A stretch of DNA of 64,000 nucleotides from the IMG/VR virus record IMGVR_UViG_3300043418_000072, positions 124,001-188,000 of that record; one strand, 5' to 3'. The translations under genes were made by a program, and so were the position numbers. Under the pieces are notes generated by a model. The model saw nothing but the letters and a program-made list of their open reading frames with translations. It was not told the origin of the DNA and did no database searches. Below, one piece after another: positions 36,192 through 45,265 of the stretch (position 1 is its first letter; each line of letters starts with the position of its first letter).

Positions 36192-37034
36192 TTAGATATC
36201 AAATCCAAATGTTGGATCAAAGTCCTCTGCTTGCTGCTCATAGTTCTTGTAACCACGTGGGTTGCAAATAACACGAGTGTCACCAACCATGTAATCAAAC
36301 TGATGGTGTGTATGACCGTGTGTCCAAACTTTAATCTCAGGGTTGTCTAATATAAACTCACTGAGATCGCTGCTGTACGCACCATTCATAATGACATCGT
36401 CTGCGTAACGCGGATGAGTGCTCAACTTGCTCGGGCTGTGATGTGTACATACAACCACTGGCTTGTTACGGCCACTCATGCGGTTCTCACTCAGCTGCTG
36501 AGTAAAGTATTGTTTGGTCTTAATGTGCTCAGTTACAGTCTTTTCGGGCTGCAAGCGATGGTAAGCACCATTAGTCTCGTTCAGCATAGTTACCTGACGA
36601 TAGTCATTCATCATGCTCTTCATGTGGTACAAGGTAAGCTGATCATGGTTGTTCATGTCAGTCCACAGCGTTCCGCCTATAAACAACACACCGTCAATTT
36701 CGTACGTTTCTTTTTCAAGCAGATGCACGTTAGACGGCAACTGGCTCTTGATGTGATCATAGGTCTTATGGAACTGATAACCATAGTGCTCATGGTTGCC
36801 CATTACGTAAATGACTTCGCGGTACTTAGCGCACTCTTCCTCTAGGAAGCGACTGCACCGATCGGGGCGCTGGTCTTTACGCTCGTGCTCTAGCAATACC
36901 ATTGCTGGGTTGTAATCTTCTTTCTTGAAACGCTTGGCTTCGCAAACGTCGCCGCTGAGAATAAGTACATCGCCGCCGGGCAACGTCAAGTCTGCAAAAT
37001 CCAAGTGTAAATCACTCATTACGCTAACACGCAT
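36192..37034 (-). CDS. Calcineurin-like metallophosphoesterase
   Basis: SDLH, SGD, GNHE, HHSP, HGHTH. Confidence 0.9.
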   Translation of the reverse strand: MRVSVMSDLHLDFADLTLPGGDVLILSGDVCEAKRFKKEDYNPAMVLLEHERKDQRPDRCSRFLEEECAKYREVIYVMGNHEHYGYQFHKTYDHIKSQLPSNVHLLEKETYEIDGVLFIGGTLWTDMNNHDQLTLYHMKSMMNDYRQVTMLNETNGAYHRLQPEKTVTEHIKTKQYFTQQLSENRMSGRNKPVVVCTHHSPSKLSTHPRYADDVIMNGAYSSDLSEFILDNPEIKVWTHGHTHHQFDYMVGDTRVICNPRGYKNYEQQAEDFDPTFGFDI

Positions 37035-37057
37035 GATAGTTCCTTTAGTAATGTGCT

Positions 37058-37086
37058 ATTGTAGCACTATTCCAATTTCTTGTCAA
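37058..37086 (-). promoter_or_regulatory. sigma70-type promoter
   Basis: TTGACA-17-TACAAT. Confidence 0.8.
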
Positions 37087-37087
37087 G

Positions 37088-37112
37088 AGAAAAGGCCCTT
37101 GCGAGCCTTTTT
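37088..37112 (-). terminator. Intrinsic terminator
   Basis: AAAGGCTC-GCAA-GGGCCTTT, GNRA loop. Confidence 0.75.
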
Positions 37113-37126
37113 GGAGCAGTCTAGAA

Positions 37127-37414
37127 TTAGACCAAACCTTGTGCCATTGCTTTGTAAGCGATAGCAACCATTTTGCGGCTAGCTTCGCCGTAACGGTATT
37201 CAGTGACCTGAACGCCATTGCCTGCTTTACGGCTCTTGCCGTAAATGGCATAACCACGTTGACGGATTGCACTGATGGTAGCAGTTGGGTTAGCAATGCT
37301 GAAACGCTTGGCAATTTGTGCCTCGCTCAAAACTTCCTTGTCTAAGACCAATGCTTTGAACAATTTGCCTTGCTTAGTAGTTAAATCGAAACGCTTTAAG
37401 TTGATAGTTGTCAT
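37127..37414 (-). CDS. Winged-helix/HTH DNA-binding protein
   Basis: LSEAQIAKRF..NPTATISAIRQRGY. Confidence 0.65.
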   Translation of the reverse strand: MTTINLKRFDLTTKQGKLFKALVLDKEVLSEAQIAKRFSIANPTATISAIRQRGYAIYGKSRKAGNGVQVTEYRYGEASRKMVAIAYKAMAQGLV

Positions 37415-37504
37415 AATGTAATTTCCTTTAGTATTTGTTGTGTCTTGCACAACTGATTGTAGTATAGCAAAGTGCTATCTATAAGAACAAGAGTTATGGT
37501 AATC

Positions 37505-38068
37505 TTACTCGTTCTTGCTATCCAATGCAGCCCATCCTAGGCGGTGTAGGTCTTCTCGGATCTCGTCGGTAACACGACTTTCGGACACGTAGGCTTGTGA
37601 TTGCTTGTGATAGGCCAACTGCTCTTCTGTGTAATCTGCTAGTTCTTCGGGCGTTGCATCTCCGTTGCGAATACCGCTGCAATACCAATCAATGTAGTCG
37701 CCTTTTTCCTGCATATCGGCAACAATACCGCCGGCATAACGCCAAGAACAGCCCCAGGTCTTGCCTGTTAAGATAGGCCAAGTGTCTAGCTTCTGGAAGT
37801 CATTGTTGCACATGGCAGCATAGAGATTCTGTGCATACACATCATCGCTACGCACCTTTTCAAGGATCCAATCTGTTGTACGAAGATCGTACTCCATGTT
37901 GTCCTTTTGCCATTCGGGGTCTTGAGTTCTCAGGTCAGCTTTATGGTTCCACTCTTCGTAATGTTCAATCATTTGCAGGGCATCTTCGTCCGTTGGATCA
38001 ACCAACAGTTTGTCACGATAACTTTGAGCCTGAAAAGTATTACGCTCGGGACTTTTGCTAATAGTCAT
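37505..38068 (-). CDS. Conserved hypothetical protein
   Basis: YAQNLYAAMCNN, SWRYAGGIVAD, DYIDWYCSG. Confidence 0.75.
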   Translation of the reverse strand: MTISKSPERNTFQAQSYRDKLLVDPTDEDALQMIEHYEEWNHKADLRTQDPEWQKDNMEYDLRTTDWILEKVRSDDVYAQNLYAAMCNNDFQKLDTWPILTGKTWGCSWRYAGGIVADMQEKGDYIDWYCSGIRNGDATPEELADYTEEQLAYHKQSQAYVSESRVTDEIREDLHRLGWAALDSKNE

Positions 38069-38274
38069 TGCTTAGTTAGAAAGATAGTGCCATCATCACG
38101 AACATCCCACACCAGAGTATCGCCGATTGCCCATCCTTGTGCAGCAAGTAGTTCATCAGGAATGGGCATAACCAGGTCGTCCCCGTCTTCTTGTAAAGTA
38201 ACCACCCAAGAGTTCTTGCCAGTCTGTTCCCATTCTGGAGTTAGATCGCTTGGGTCAATCTTGCTTGTGGTCAT
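38065..38274 (-). CDS. AbrB/MazE-like protein
   Basis: DLVMPIPDELL..GW.IGDTL. Confidence 0.65.
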   Translation of the reverse strand: MTTSKIDPSDLTPEWEQTGKNSWVVTLQEDGDDLVMPIPDELLAAQGWAIGDTLVWDVRDDGTIFLTKQ

Positions 38275-38275
38275 A

Positions 38276-38503
38276 TCAGTCTTTGCTTACTGGCAAGCAG
38301 GTGCGGGCAGGAACTACACTAGTGTAGGTATCACCGATCTTTTCGTATAGCTTGCCTTCGATGCAGTACCAAACAGGCCCAGGGCGACTGTCTGCGTACT
38401 CCTTTGCAGCAGAGCCAATGGCCCAACCAATTATGGAACCACATCCCATTGAGACCACAATAAATGCGATCACATATAAAAAGCCTGCTACTGCGTCTTT
38501 CAT
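38276..38503 (-). CDS. Membrane protein
   Basis: N-terminal TM. Confidence 0.65.
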   Translation of the reverse strand: MKDAVAGFLYVIAFIVVSMGCGSIIGWAIGSAAKEYADSRPGPVWYCIEGKLYEKIGDTYTSVVPARTCLPVSKD

Positions 38504-38802
38504 GCAATCACCCGAATATGAGTAACGTTTTCAGTTCTAAAACTGCGCCATTCGCTTTTGTCTAAACACCAGGCACTAAGAGTCTTGTGGTTTAGCAATC
38601 GTGTTTCGTGTAGCTTAGTTGCATCACGAGCAGGCAATGCCTCTGCCTTTAGGGTACAAGGCATTGTTCGCACACTTCCATCTACTTTAGTGAAAGTGAC
38701 TTCGCATTGGTGTTCCCACAAGAGCTTTTGAATCTCTTTGTAACGGGTACCCAGCGCAAACTCATCGTCACCTAATGGGCCGAAAGTGTATTCTAGACTC
38801 AC
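38500..38802 (-). CDS. Sm/SH3-like (WYL_2-like) protein
   Basis: VTFTKVDGSVRTMPCTL, WRSFR. Confidence 0.7.
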   Translation of the reverse strand: MSLEYTFGPLGDDEFALGTRYKEIQKLLWEHQCEVTFTKVDGSVRTMPCTLKAEALPARDATKLHETRLLNHKTLSAWCLDKSEWRSFRTENVTHIRVIA

Positions 38803-38966
38803 TTAGAGTCCTTACGTGCGCCCTTTTGGCGAGCGTCAGCTTCAGCAATCTTTGTGAAGCTGCGGAGAAATGCTCCACGAACTTGCTTGTCTACAATAGT
38901 AGACGATGCCATCTTAACCAAGCTGGAGAGTTTCACAGCTTTAGAATCGTAACCTCTGCATGTCAT
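38799..38966 (-). CDS. Small basic protein (55 aa, not in track)
   Basis: MTCRGYDSKAVKLS...; AAGGA RBS. Confidence 0.6.
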   Translation of the reverse strand: MTCRGYDSKAVKLSSLVKMASSTIVDKQVRGAFLRSFTKIAEADARQKGARKDSK

Positions 38967-39016
38967 AATGTTTTCCTTTAAAAATGTATTATATAGGGAT
39001 GTTGAATTGTTGTCTA

Positions 39017-39370
39017 TTAAATGTTTGTGTCTCTTAACCGTTTCATAATCTCTTCACGCTCTAAAAGAAACGCTTTGAAAGCAATGGTTACCAATGTAAA
39101 CATGTAGTATGAAAGCACGGTCCAGAACCAAATCTTCACAGCAAGCACCGATGATGCAGTTTCGCCAGTGTAGACTAGCGAGCCTAATCCAACAGGTATG
39201 CACCCGGTTGCTAAAATCGCAGCGGTCATAAACGTGGTAAACCCTGGTTCTTTTATCAACGACTTGGCATATTCTATGTGGCGGCCTACGAAGTACATAC
39301 CAATTTTAGATAACGCCCAAAAGATAAACTCTTTCAGGATGCGGAGAGCATGTCCGATTTCTCGTATCAT
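39017..39370 (-). CDS. Membrane protein
   Basis: Hydrophobic segments. Confidence 0.65.
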   Translation of the reverse strand: MIREIGHALRILKEFIFWALSKIGMYFVGRHIEYAKSLIKEPGFTTFMTAAILATGCIPVGLGSLVYTGETASSVLAVKIWFWTVLSYYMFTLVTIAFKAFLLEREEIMKRLRDTNI

Positions 39371-39675
39371 TTCCACAGCTTTAGCATGTTAACAAATTCG
39401 GGCCACTCGTTTGGTTGGCGTGGTTTAAGCACAATGGCAACTTCTTGTCCATTTAGTCGACTCTCGGTTACTACCAAATGATCTTCTACAGTTTTCAGCA
39501 TAGCAAACTCCGCAGGAGTTACTGCACATGTTACTTTCTTGAAGCTATTACCGAGCCAGTCCAAGTAGTTGCCATCTTCGCAAAACTTCAAGTGACACAT
39601 AAGACCAGCATGTGCTGCGGAATTCATTGCCATGCCTGCAGGCAAGTCGTCTTTGATACAAATATACATTTTCAT
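39367..39675 (-). CDS. Peptidyl-tRNA hydrolase type 2-like protein
   Basis: KMYICIKDDL..G.....AHA, W....FKKV. Confidence 0.7.
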   Translation of the reverse strand: MKMYICIKDDLPAGMAMNSAAHAGLMCHLKFCEDGNYLDWLGNSFKKVTCAVTPAEFAMLKTVEDHLVVTESRLNGQEVAIVLKPRQPNEWPEFVNMLKLWK

Positions 39676-39803
39676 TCTTTATCTCCTTTAACACAAGAAA
39701 TTTTGTCCGGGCTATACATCAACACAAAGTTACCAATATTAAATGATCCTAAAATTGATAGGCATAACACAAATCCGCCAATTGCTGCAAGGAAGGTTTT
39801 CAT
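39672..39803 (-). CDS. Small membrane protein (43 aa, not in track)
   Basis: Starts at FGVEE junction. Confidence 0.6.
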   Translation of the reverse strand: MKTFLAAIGGFVLCLSILGSFNIGNFVLMYSPDKISCVKGDKE

Positions 39804-40123
39804 TCTTCAACTCCAAACTTTTTACTCAATCGTTCAAATTCGGCTTTTTCAGCTTCTTCACGTTTGCGGTCATACTCAGCTTGTTCAGCTAGGCGCTTGT
39901 TAAATTCTTCATCGTTTTCTTCACGCACTATATACAACTCATAACGAGGTGATGGGTCGTTATCGTAATCGTAATAGAAGTTTCGATTATAGTCAAGCCG
40001 TGCATCCGGTCCATGTTCTCGGATCATTGCCTGCACACGCTCCAACACTGTTGCTAGTGTACCTTCAAACTCCCATGTGGAGACATCGTCCACCATGTCG
40101 TTAATTTTTCTACGTTGGGTCAT
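39800..40123 (-). CDS. Hypothetical protein with FGVEE tail only
   Basis: Ends KKFGVEE. Confidence 0.75.
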   Translation of the reverse strand: MTQRRKINDMVDDVSTWEFEGTLATVLERVQAMIREHGPDARLDYNRNFYYDYDNDPSPRYELYIVREENDEEFNKRLAEQAEYDRKREEAEKAEFERLSKKFGVEE

Positions 40124-40147
40124 TCTTCAACTCCGAAGGCTTTATTG

Positions 40148-40444
40148 CTACACAAATGCGATGCCCGATGACATAACGGCATAAACATCACAGGCGTTAT
40201 CAGTAAAAATGCCTCTTACTAGGTAACTTTCTTTTTCTGTTCCTACCATCAGTTTTGGCTCAAATGTATCACGATCCAATACCGTGCATTCAACATTTTC
40301 CGCAATAACTCTGTAATAGTTAGATGCTTTAGTAACTACCTGTTCTGTTACGGGTTTGCCATAATTATCAAAGGTAATTTCTTCGTAATGGTTGTAGATA
40401 TCATCTAATACACCCTGTGGGATTTCTTCACGATTTATAATCAT
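40148..40444 (-). CDS. Hypothetical protein
   Basis: Ends in TAG; followed by orphan FGVEE repeat. Confidence 0.7.
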   Translation of the reverse strand: MIINREEIPQGVLDDIYNHYEEITFDNYGKPVTEQVVTKASNYYRVIAENVECTVLDRDTFEPKLMVGTEKESYLVRGIFTDNACDVYAVMSSGIAFV

Positions 40445-40695
40445 TATTCAACTCCAAAATGTTCTTTTATATCGTTCGCACACAACATCGCACCATCAGT
40501 CACTGAACCTAAAATTCCCTTATAAGCACGGTCGTAGCACAACTTAGCACATTCCCGAACAATCAACTCGGCGAACTTTTCTAATCCGGGATTATCTGGA
40601 TCTTCTTGCCACATAGGCAATTCTTTACCCAAAGAATTCCATAATCTTTGTTTCAATCCTGCCTGTTCAGCAAGTTGTTTAATTCGTTCGTTCAT
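40444..40695 (-). CDS. MNERI...HFGVE family protein
   Basis: MNERIKQLAEQAG, FAELIVREC. Confidence 0.8.
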   Translation of the reverse strand: MNERIKQLAEQAGLKQRLWNSLGKELPMWQEDPDNPGLEKFAELIVRECAKLCYDRAYKGILGSVTDGAMLCANDIKEHFGVE

Positions 40696-40952
40696 TCTTC
40701 AACTCCGAAATGTTCTTTAATCCTGTCTTTGATAACTTCAGAAACATTGCCATTGATACCATCTTCACGAGTATACCAAACCTGCTCCAAACATTCTTTC
40801 ACCAGCAGTCGGGCGAATTGTTCCACATCCATGTCGCCACCGTGAACAAACTTGTGTCCTGTGTAGACACTATCACCGTTAGCTTGTTCAACATAGCCAC
40901 CCTGCCAGATACCACCTGATTGGATGGCAAGTTCGTTTATACGCTTGTTCAT
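40692..40952 (-). CDS. MNERI...HFGVEE family protein
   Basis: MNKRINELA, FARLLVKEC. Confidence 0.8.
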   Translation of the reverse strand: MNKRINELAIQSGGIWQGGYVEQANGDSVYTGHKFVHGGDMDVEQFARLLVKECLEQVWYTREDGINGNVSEVIKDRIKEHFGVEE

Positions 40953-41191
40953 ACGTGCTTTACATAAGTTAGGTCGGGATCAATGGTCCAATGCGGAACT
41001 GCATCTTCTCTTCGCAGTCTGCCTTCGGTGTGCATTTTGATAACTAGATACACTTTGCGGTCAGCGTTCCACGTATCATAATCAACAATGGTTCCAAGTT
41101 GGGCATCAGTGCCCTGTTTAACAACCACATTGTCATTGAGTTTGTACTGCGCCATTACCAGGCGATTGCGGTGGAAAATTTCAGGCGTCAT
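40949..41191 (-). CDS. Hypothetical protein
   Basis: Coupled ORF. Confidence 0.65.
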   Translation of the reverse strand: MTPEIFHRNRLVMAQYKLNDNVVVKQGTDAQLGTIVDYDTWNADRKVYLVIKMHTEGRLRREDAVPHWTIDPDLTYVKHV

Positions 41192-41455
41192 TTAGTAATC
41201 TCAAAAGTTTTTGCAGCATACTCGTAACGAGCAGCACATTGACGCCACGCATCAGCAAACAACCAATCGGCAAGAGTTTGAATCATTTGTATTCCTTGGC
41301 TAGTGCGTCGAATGTTTCTTGCTTACGGTCATTGAGATAACACTGTGCTATAAACAACATCTGATAAGCGTGGTCTTCACTACTAGGTAGAACAAAACTG
41401 CGGCCTTCGTACAGTTCTTGTAGCTTTAACTCAAGCTCGTAATCAGTATACGGTA

Positions 41456-42772
41456 TCACAGTTTCTCACCTTTAGCAAAGCCGCGCCATGTTTTAAAACG
41501 TGGGAATCGCAAGCTGTAGACATCAGTACTGTCTTGATTCAGCGTGGCAGCATCTGCACGAACTTCGCCTACATCGCCTACGACAGATTCTGGCGTATTA
41601 CGAGCAGTCCAAATGTCTGCACGATCCTTATCACTCCAGCCGCCGCCAACACTTACGCGGATGAACTTTCCGTCGTCTGTGCCTTCAAACAACACTGCAC
41701 CCATCTTGCCCACGTTCTTGCCAGTACCTTCTTCGATGGCAACCGCAGTCAATGACACTTCAATGAAAGGCTTGATTTTGAGCCAGCTCACTGTGCGCTT
41801 GCACTCGTAAACTGCATTGGGTTCTTTAAGCATAATGCCTTCGTAACCTGCTGCAATAGCTTGTGCATTGATCTCTTTGAAACGTGCATAGCCTTCTGGG
41901 GTATCGAGATCCACATCTTCTTGACCCACAACAGTGACGTTGGGCATGTGATCTTCGCAAGGAGTAAACCAAGCCAACAGATCCACGCTGCGTTCTGCTT
42001 GTGTACGTGAACCCACGCCTGCTTGAAACTCGTCGAGTGGGATGATGTCAAACAAGTTAAGTACCGCATCATCTGCGTTGACGTTGGTCTTGCGCTTGGC
42101 CTGCTTCATCAAGTCTTGGAAGCTGGCGCTCATGATCTCGCCGTCTAGTACCATTGGCTCTCGAAAGAACTTGGCGTGCTTGGCAATTTGTTGTTTAACA
42201 ACTTCGAAGTTGACCAGCTCTTTGCCGTTACGGCTGTATTGATCAACTTGACCTGTTGGGTAAACAATGGTAAGCACACGCATACCGTCCAGCTTGACTT
42301 CGATTGTTTTGTGGCCTTTGATTTTGCTTTCGTGCTTGGCACCATCGTGTGCAAGCTGGCATTCAAACACTGGCACATGGTATTTGGGATCAGCAACTTT
42401 GTTAACAATGCTGTCGCTAGCACCGCAGCGCATGTCCTTGATCAAGATGCGACGATACCAGTTGTTCCACTCGTCTTCTGTTGCTTGCATACGCAAGAAG
42501 TTGATAGCAGTTTGAGCAGCGCCACCTGTGAGTTCACGTTCTGCAAGTTTGCGGGCAATGTCCCAAAATGCGTCAGAGCTGATACCAGGACCGTCGCCAG
42601 TTTTGACGTCAACTTTCTTAACACCAAATGTCACCATTGCATCGTATGCAGCACGAAAACCCCGAAACACTTCTGTGTTACTGGCTTTGCTCTCACGGGC
42701 AATAACTGCTTCCTTGAACAGGCGGCTGTTGTCACTTTCGAGTTCTGCGATTACGTCCCATGGCTTGATCAT
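41456..42772 (-). CDS. lig: ATP-dependent DNA ligase
   Basis: KLDG motif I, LDGE, EGIMLK, WLKIK, SLRFPRF. Confidence 0.95.
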   Translation of the reverse strand: MIKPWDVIAELESDNSRLFKEAVIARESKASNTEVFRGFRAAYDAMVTFGVKKVDVKTGDGPGISSDAFWDIARKLAERELTGGAAQTAINFLRMQATEDEWNNWYRRILIKDMRCGASDSIVNKVADPKYHVPVFECQLAHDGAKHESKIKGHKTIEVKLDGMRVLTIVYPTGQVDQYSRNGKELVNFEVVKQQIAKHAKFFREPMVLDGEIMSASFQDLMKQAKRKTNVNADDAVLNLFDIIPLDEFQAGVGSRTQAERSVDLLAWFTPCEDHMPNVTVVGQEDVDLDTPEGYARFKEINAQAIAAGYEGIMLKEPNAVYECKRTVSWLKIKPFIEVSLTAVAIEEGTGKNVGKMGAVLFEGTDDGKFIRVSVGGGWSDKDRADIWTARNTPESVVGDVGEVRADAATLNQDSTDVYSLRFPRFKTWRGFAKGEKL

Positions 42773-42802
42773 TTGTGTTCCTTTGTTTCGTTCTATGTGT
42801 AT

Positions 42803-42831
42803 ATTATAGCACCAAAATCATTATGGTGCAA
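42803..42831 (-). promoter_or_regulatory. sigma70-type early promoter
   Basis: TTGCAC-17-TATAAT; flanks near-identical to 9489. Confidence 0.8.
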
Positions 42832-42836
42832 CCATT

Positions 42837-43103
42837 TTACATGTTTTCTTCTGGGCAACCGGCCCACAAATCCTTGAGATATTCTTCGCGCTTTACTGCT
42901 GCTGCACGGAAAGCGTTGGCAGTTACTTGGCTAACATCAACTTCAATATACTGGTTGTGCCACATCTGCTCTGCAAAGTCTGCCAAATCGGCAGCAATTT
43001 TTTCATCAGTCCAAGCTGCTTTTTCACGTGCCTCGCTGGGCCAAGACGCATCTTCCATGATGTTCTTCAAAATGGTTTTTGGTTGATTCATTTTGCGTGT
43101 CAT
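42837..43103 (-). CDS. Hypothetical protein
   Basis: Own promoter and RBS. Confidence 0.7.
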   Translation of the reverse strand: MTRKMNQPKTILKNIMEDASWPSEAREKAAWTDEKIAADLADFAEQMWHNQYIEVDVSQVTANAFRAAAVKREEYLKDLWAGCPEENM

Positions 43104-43133
43104 TTCGGGTCCTGTTTTGCTTGCTATGTGTAT

Positions 43134-43162
43134 ATTATACAAACAAAATCATTTATTGTCAA
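43134..43162 (-). promoter_or_regulatory. sigma70-type early promoter
   Basis: TTGACA-17-TATAAT. Confidence 0.9.
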
Positions 43163-43174
43163 GTTTTGGGCAAA

Positions 43175-43579
43175 TTAGTTTTTGTAGAGAACCGCAACTT
43201 TGGGGTAAGTACAACCTTCGCAACTTTGAAACAACACCCGGTCGTTGCCAATTTCATACTCTACATAGGTGTAGTGGCGATCCACATAGCTCTTACCAGA
43301 CTTTTCACGCGAACCTTCAGCAACGAATCCAACTAATGTACCAGTAACCTGTGTATTTTTGTAGTACTTTGTACTCTGGTCTGTCCACTCATAACTAACC
43401 ATGTAAGCAATTCCTACTGGAATCAACAAGATTAAAAGTACATTAAACAATTTGTATTCTTCTTCACCAGTGATATTAGAGTAAGCTGCCATCAAAAATA
43501 CAACTAACATGAATACACAAACGATAACGAAACCTTTGTGGTCAGTTACAATTGGTGCTAGTGGTTGCATTGTGTACAT
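43175..43579 (-). CDS. Membrane protein
   Basis: Two TM segments. Confidence 0.75.
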   Translation of the reverse strand: MYTMQPLAPIVTDHKGFVIVCVFMLVVFLMAAYSNITGEEEYKLFNVLLILLIPVGIAYMVSYEWTDQSTKYYKNTQVTGTLVGFVAEGSREKSGKSYVDRHYTYVEYEIGNDRVLFQSCEGCTYPKVAVLYKN

Positions 43580-43607
43580 GATAGTCCTGTTTGCTTGCTA
43601 TGTGTAT

Positions 43608-43636
43608 ATTATACAACCAAAACCATTATTGGACAA
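43608..43636 (-). promoter_or_regulatory. sigma70-type early promoter
   Basis: TTGTCC-17-TATAAT; shared leader. Confidence 0.75.
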
Positions 43637-43659
43637 CCAAAATTAGTACTACAAAAGTA

Positions 43660-43989
43660 TTAGTTTTGTAATGCCGCCCACATGTGTTTCTTTTCTAGGC
43701 GCTCAATGAATAGTGTGCGCACACGGTCTTGATCATTTAGCCAGTCTTGTACTACTGCTGGATTGCCCCAACACATGTTAGGTGCCACATTAGACATCCA
43801 TTTAGCAATCGGGACTAGGTGATCCTTGTTAACCGAGTCACAACGGCATGCTGCCGCAGTAAAATTGTTTTCCAATACTGCCTTTAAAAACCCGCCTGGC
43901 ATGTATCCGCGGATAATATAATCCTCAAACGCATCTTGCGTGTGACTTGGTACATTGTAGTGTTCCCACTCTAGCCATCGTTTTGTCAT
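43660..43989 (-). CDS. Conserved phage hypothetical protein
   Basis: YIIRGYMPGGFLKAVLENN. Confidence 0.75.
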   Translation of the reverse strand: MTKRWLEWEHYNVPSHTQDAFEDYIIRGYMPGGFLKAVLENNFTAAACRCDSVNKDHLVPIAKWMSNVAPNMCWGNPAVVQDWLNDQDRVRTLFIERLEKKHMWAALQN

Positions 43990-43990
43990 T

Positions 43991-44170
43991 CTAACTCCAT
44001 TTTAAAACAAACATCATTTCATCCTCGGGCGTGTCAAACTCAACCATAAAGTACAAGTAATCGTCTTTACGGTAGCTGTCATGAAAATGCCCATTGGGAA
44101 TATCACTGAGCCCGCTTTCAATCATGCGTTGCTGAATGTTGACCCAGTCAATCATACGGTACGTTAACAT
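43991..44170 (-). CDS. W-cassette (59 aa, not in track)
   Basis: ...VEFDTPEDEMMFVLKWS-TAG. Confidence 0.75.
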   Translation of the reverse strand: MLTYRMIDWVNIQQRMIESGLSDIPNGHFHDSYRKDDYLYFMVEFDTPEDEMMFVLKWS

Positions 44171-44171
44171 G

Positions 44172-44462
44172 TCATGCCCACTTTAGTAAGAACCAAGCAT
44201 ACTTTTGCTCGTCGAGCACTGTGGTGATAACCCTCTGTCCACTATTGTGATAGCGATACTCAAACCCATGCACATGTTTACACCATTCCCCAAAACCAAA
44301 GTCTGTGACTGTATCTTTAATCTCAGGCCACTGGCTCCATGCGTTTTGAATTGCAGTTAGTGCTTGATCCTTTGGTGCCATTATTTCCTTACAGAGGTTT
44401 GTGCCGTAGACGCTGTTTAGTTGCATCTTGCGATGCAATTTTGCCCATTCTTCTTTAGTCAT
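44172..44462 (-). CDS. W-cassette; N-terminal PolB motif B-like peptide
   Basis: RKMQLNSVYG; ends WFLLKWA. Confidence 0.8.
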   Translation of the reverse strand: MTKEEWAKLHRKMQLNSVYGTNLCKEIMAPKDQALTAIQNAWSQWPEIKDTVTDFGFGEWCKHVHGFEYRYHNSGQRVITTVLDEQKYAWFLLKWA

Positions 44463-44665
44463 GCAAACCTCAATGCAAACATGGTAGCATATTTTTCATC
44501 AGAAAAATACCAGTCAGACCATTCACCTTCACCGGTTTCCCACACATAAAACCACTCACCTCCATACTCGCCAATATTTTTTTCGCACCACTTAACTCTA
44601 GCCTCAGTGCGTTCATGGTGCCATCCATAGAGTCTGACTTCGGTCATTGGTTCACTTAATGTCAT
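44459..44665 (-). CDS. W-cassette
   Basis: WCEKNIG, ends MFALRFA. Confidence 0.8.
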   Translation of the reverse strand: MTLSEPMTEVRLYGWHHERTEARVKWCEKNIGEYGGEWFYVWETGEGEWSDWYFSDEKYATMFALRFA

Positions 44666-44856
44666 AGCCACCTCAATGCAAACAGTGTAGCATCTTCTTC
44701 TTTATGAAACCAAAATGTTCGGATAGTGTCCCATGCCCGACGCTTGCCATTAGGTTCCGGTGGTCCAAAGTTATCCAAGCACCACTTCCACGCGACCTGT
44801 GTACCACTTTCCCCGTATACATCACGAAGTTTCTTGCTGATTTTAATTTCAATCAT
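44662..44856 (-). CDS. W-cassette
   Basis: WCLDNFGP, ends LFALRWL. Confidence 0.8.
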   Translation of the reverse strand: MIEIKISKKLRDVYGESGTQVAWKWCLDNFGPPEPNGKRRAWDTIRTFWFHKEEDATLFALRWL

Positions 44857-45101
44857 GACCACCTCAACATAAACCAAGAGTACAATTCTTCGTCTTCAAA
44901 CTCGATCCAGTGCAGAACACTACTTTCAAATAAGTTGCCCACCTCTTCCATGTAGTACACTGCACGGTACTCAACCAGTGCTGCATTAACATAAGCGTCG
45001 GTTACTGCCTGTGGTCCCACTTGTTCTTGCAGGTGTGCAACAAATTTGTTCCACACAGGGATAGGTGCATAGTCTTTAACAAGATCCAATCGTATCATCA
45101 A
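44853..45101 (-). CDS. W-cassette
   Basis: Ends WFMLRWS. Confidence 0.8.
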   Translation of the reverse strand: MMIRLDLVKDYAPIPVWNKFVAHLQEQVGPQAVTDAYVNAALVEYRAVYYMEEVGNLFESSVLHWIEFEDEELYSWFMLRWS

Positions 45102-45265
45102 AACCTCAGCGCAAACTCTGTGGCTTTTAACGGGTCACGAAAACGAAAGTCCCAGCCACAGCCATCAGAACTGCACACCCAATCATTATAGTCGAGATTG
45201 GCATGGCACCATTCTGCCCCGCTGGTGTAATCATCAATTGTTACTATTGCCCATTTCGCCATCAT
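45098..45265 (-). CDS. W-cassette
   Basis: Ends EFALRF. Confidence 0.75.
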   Translation of the reverse strand: MMAKWAIVTIDDYTSGAEWCHANLDYNDWVCSSDGCGWDFRFRDPLKATEFALRF

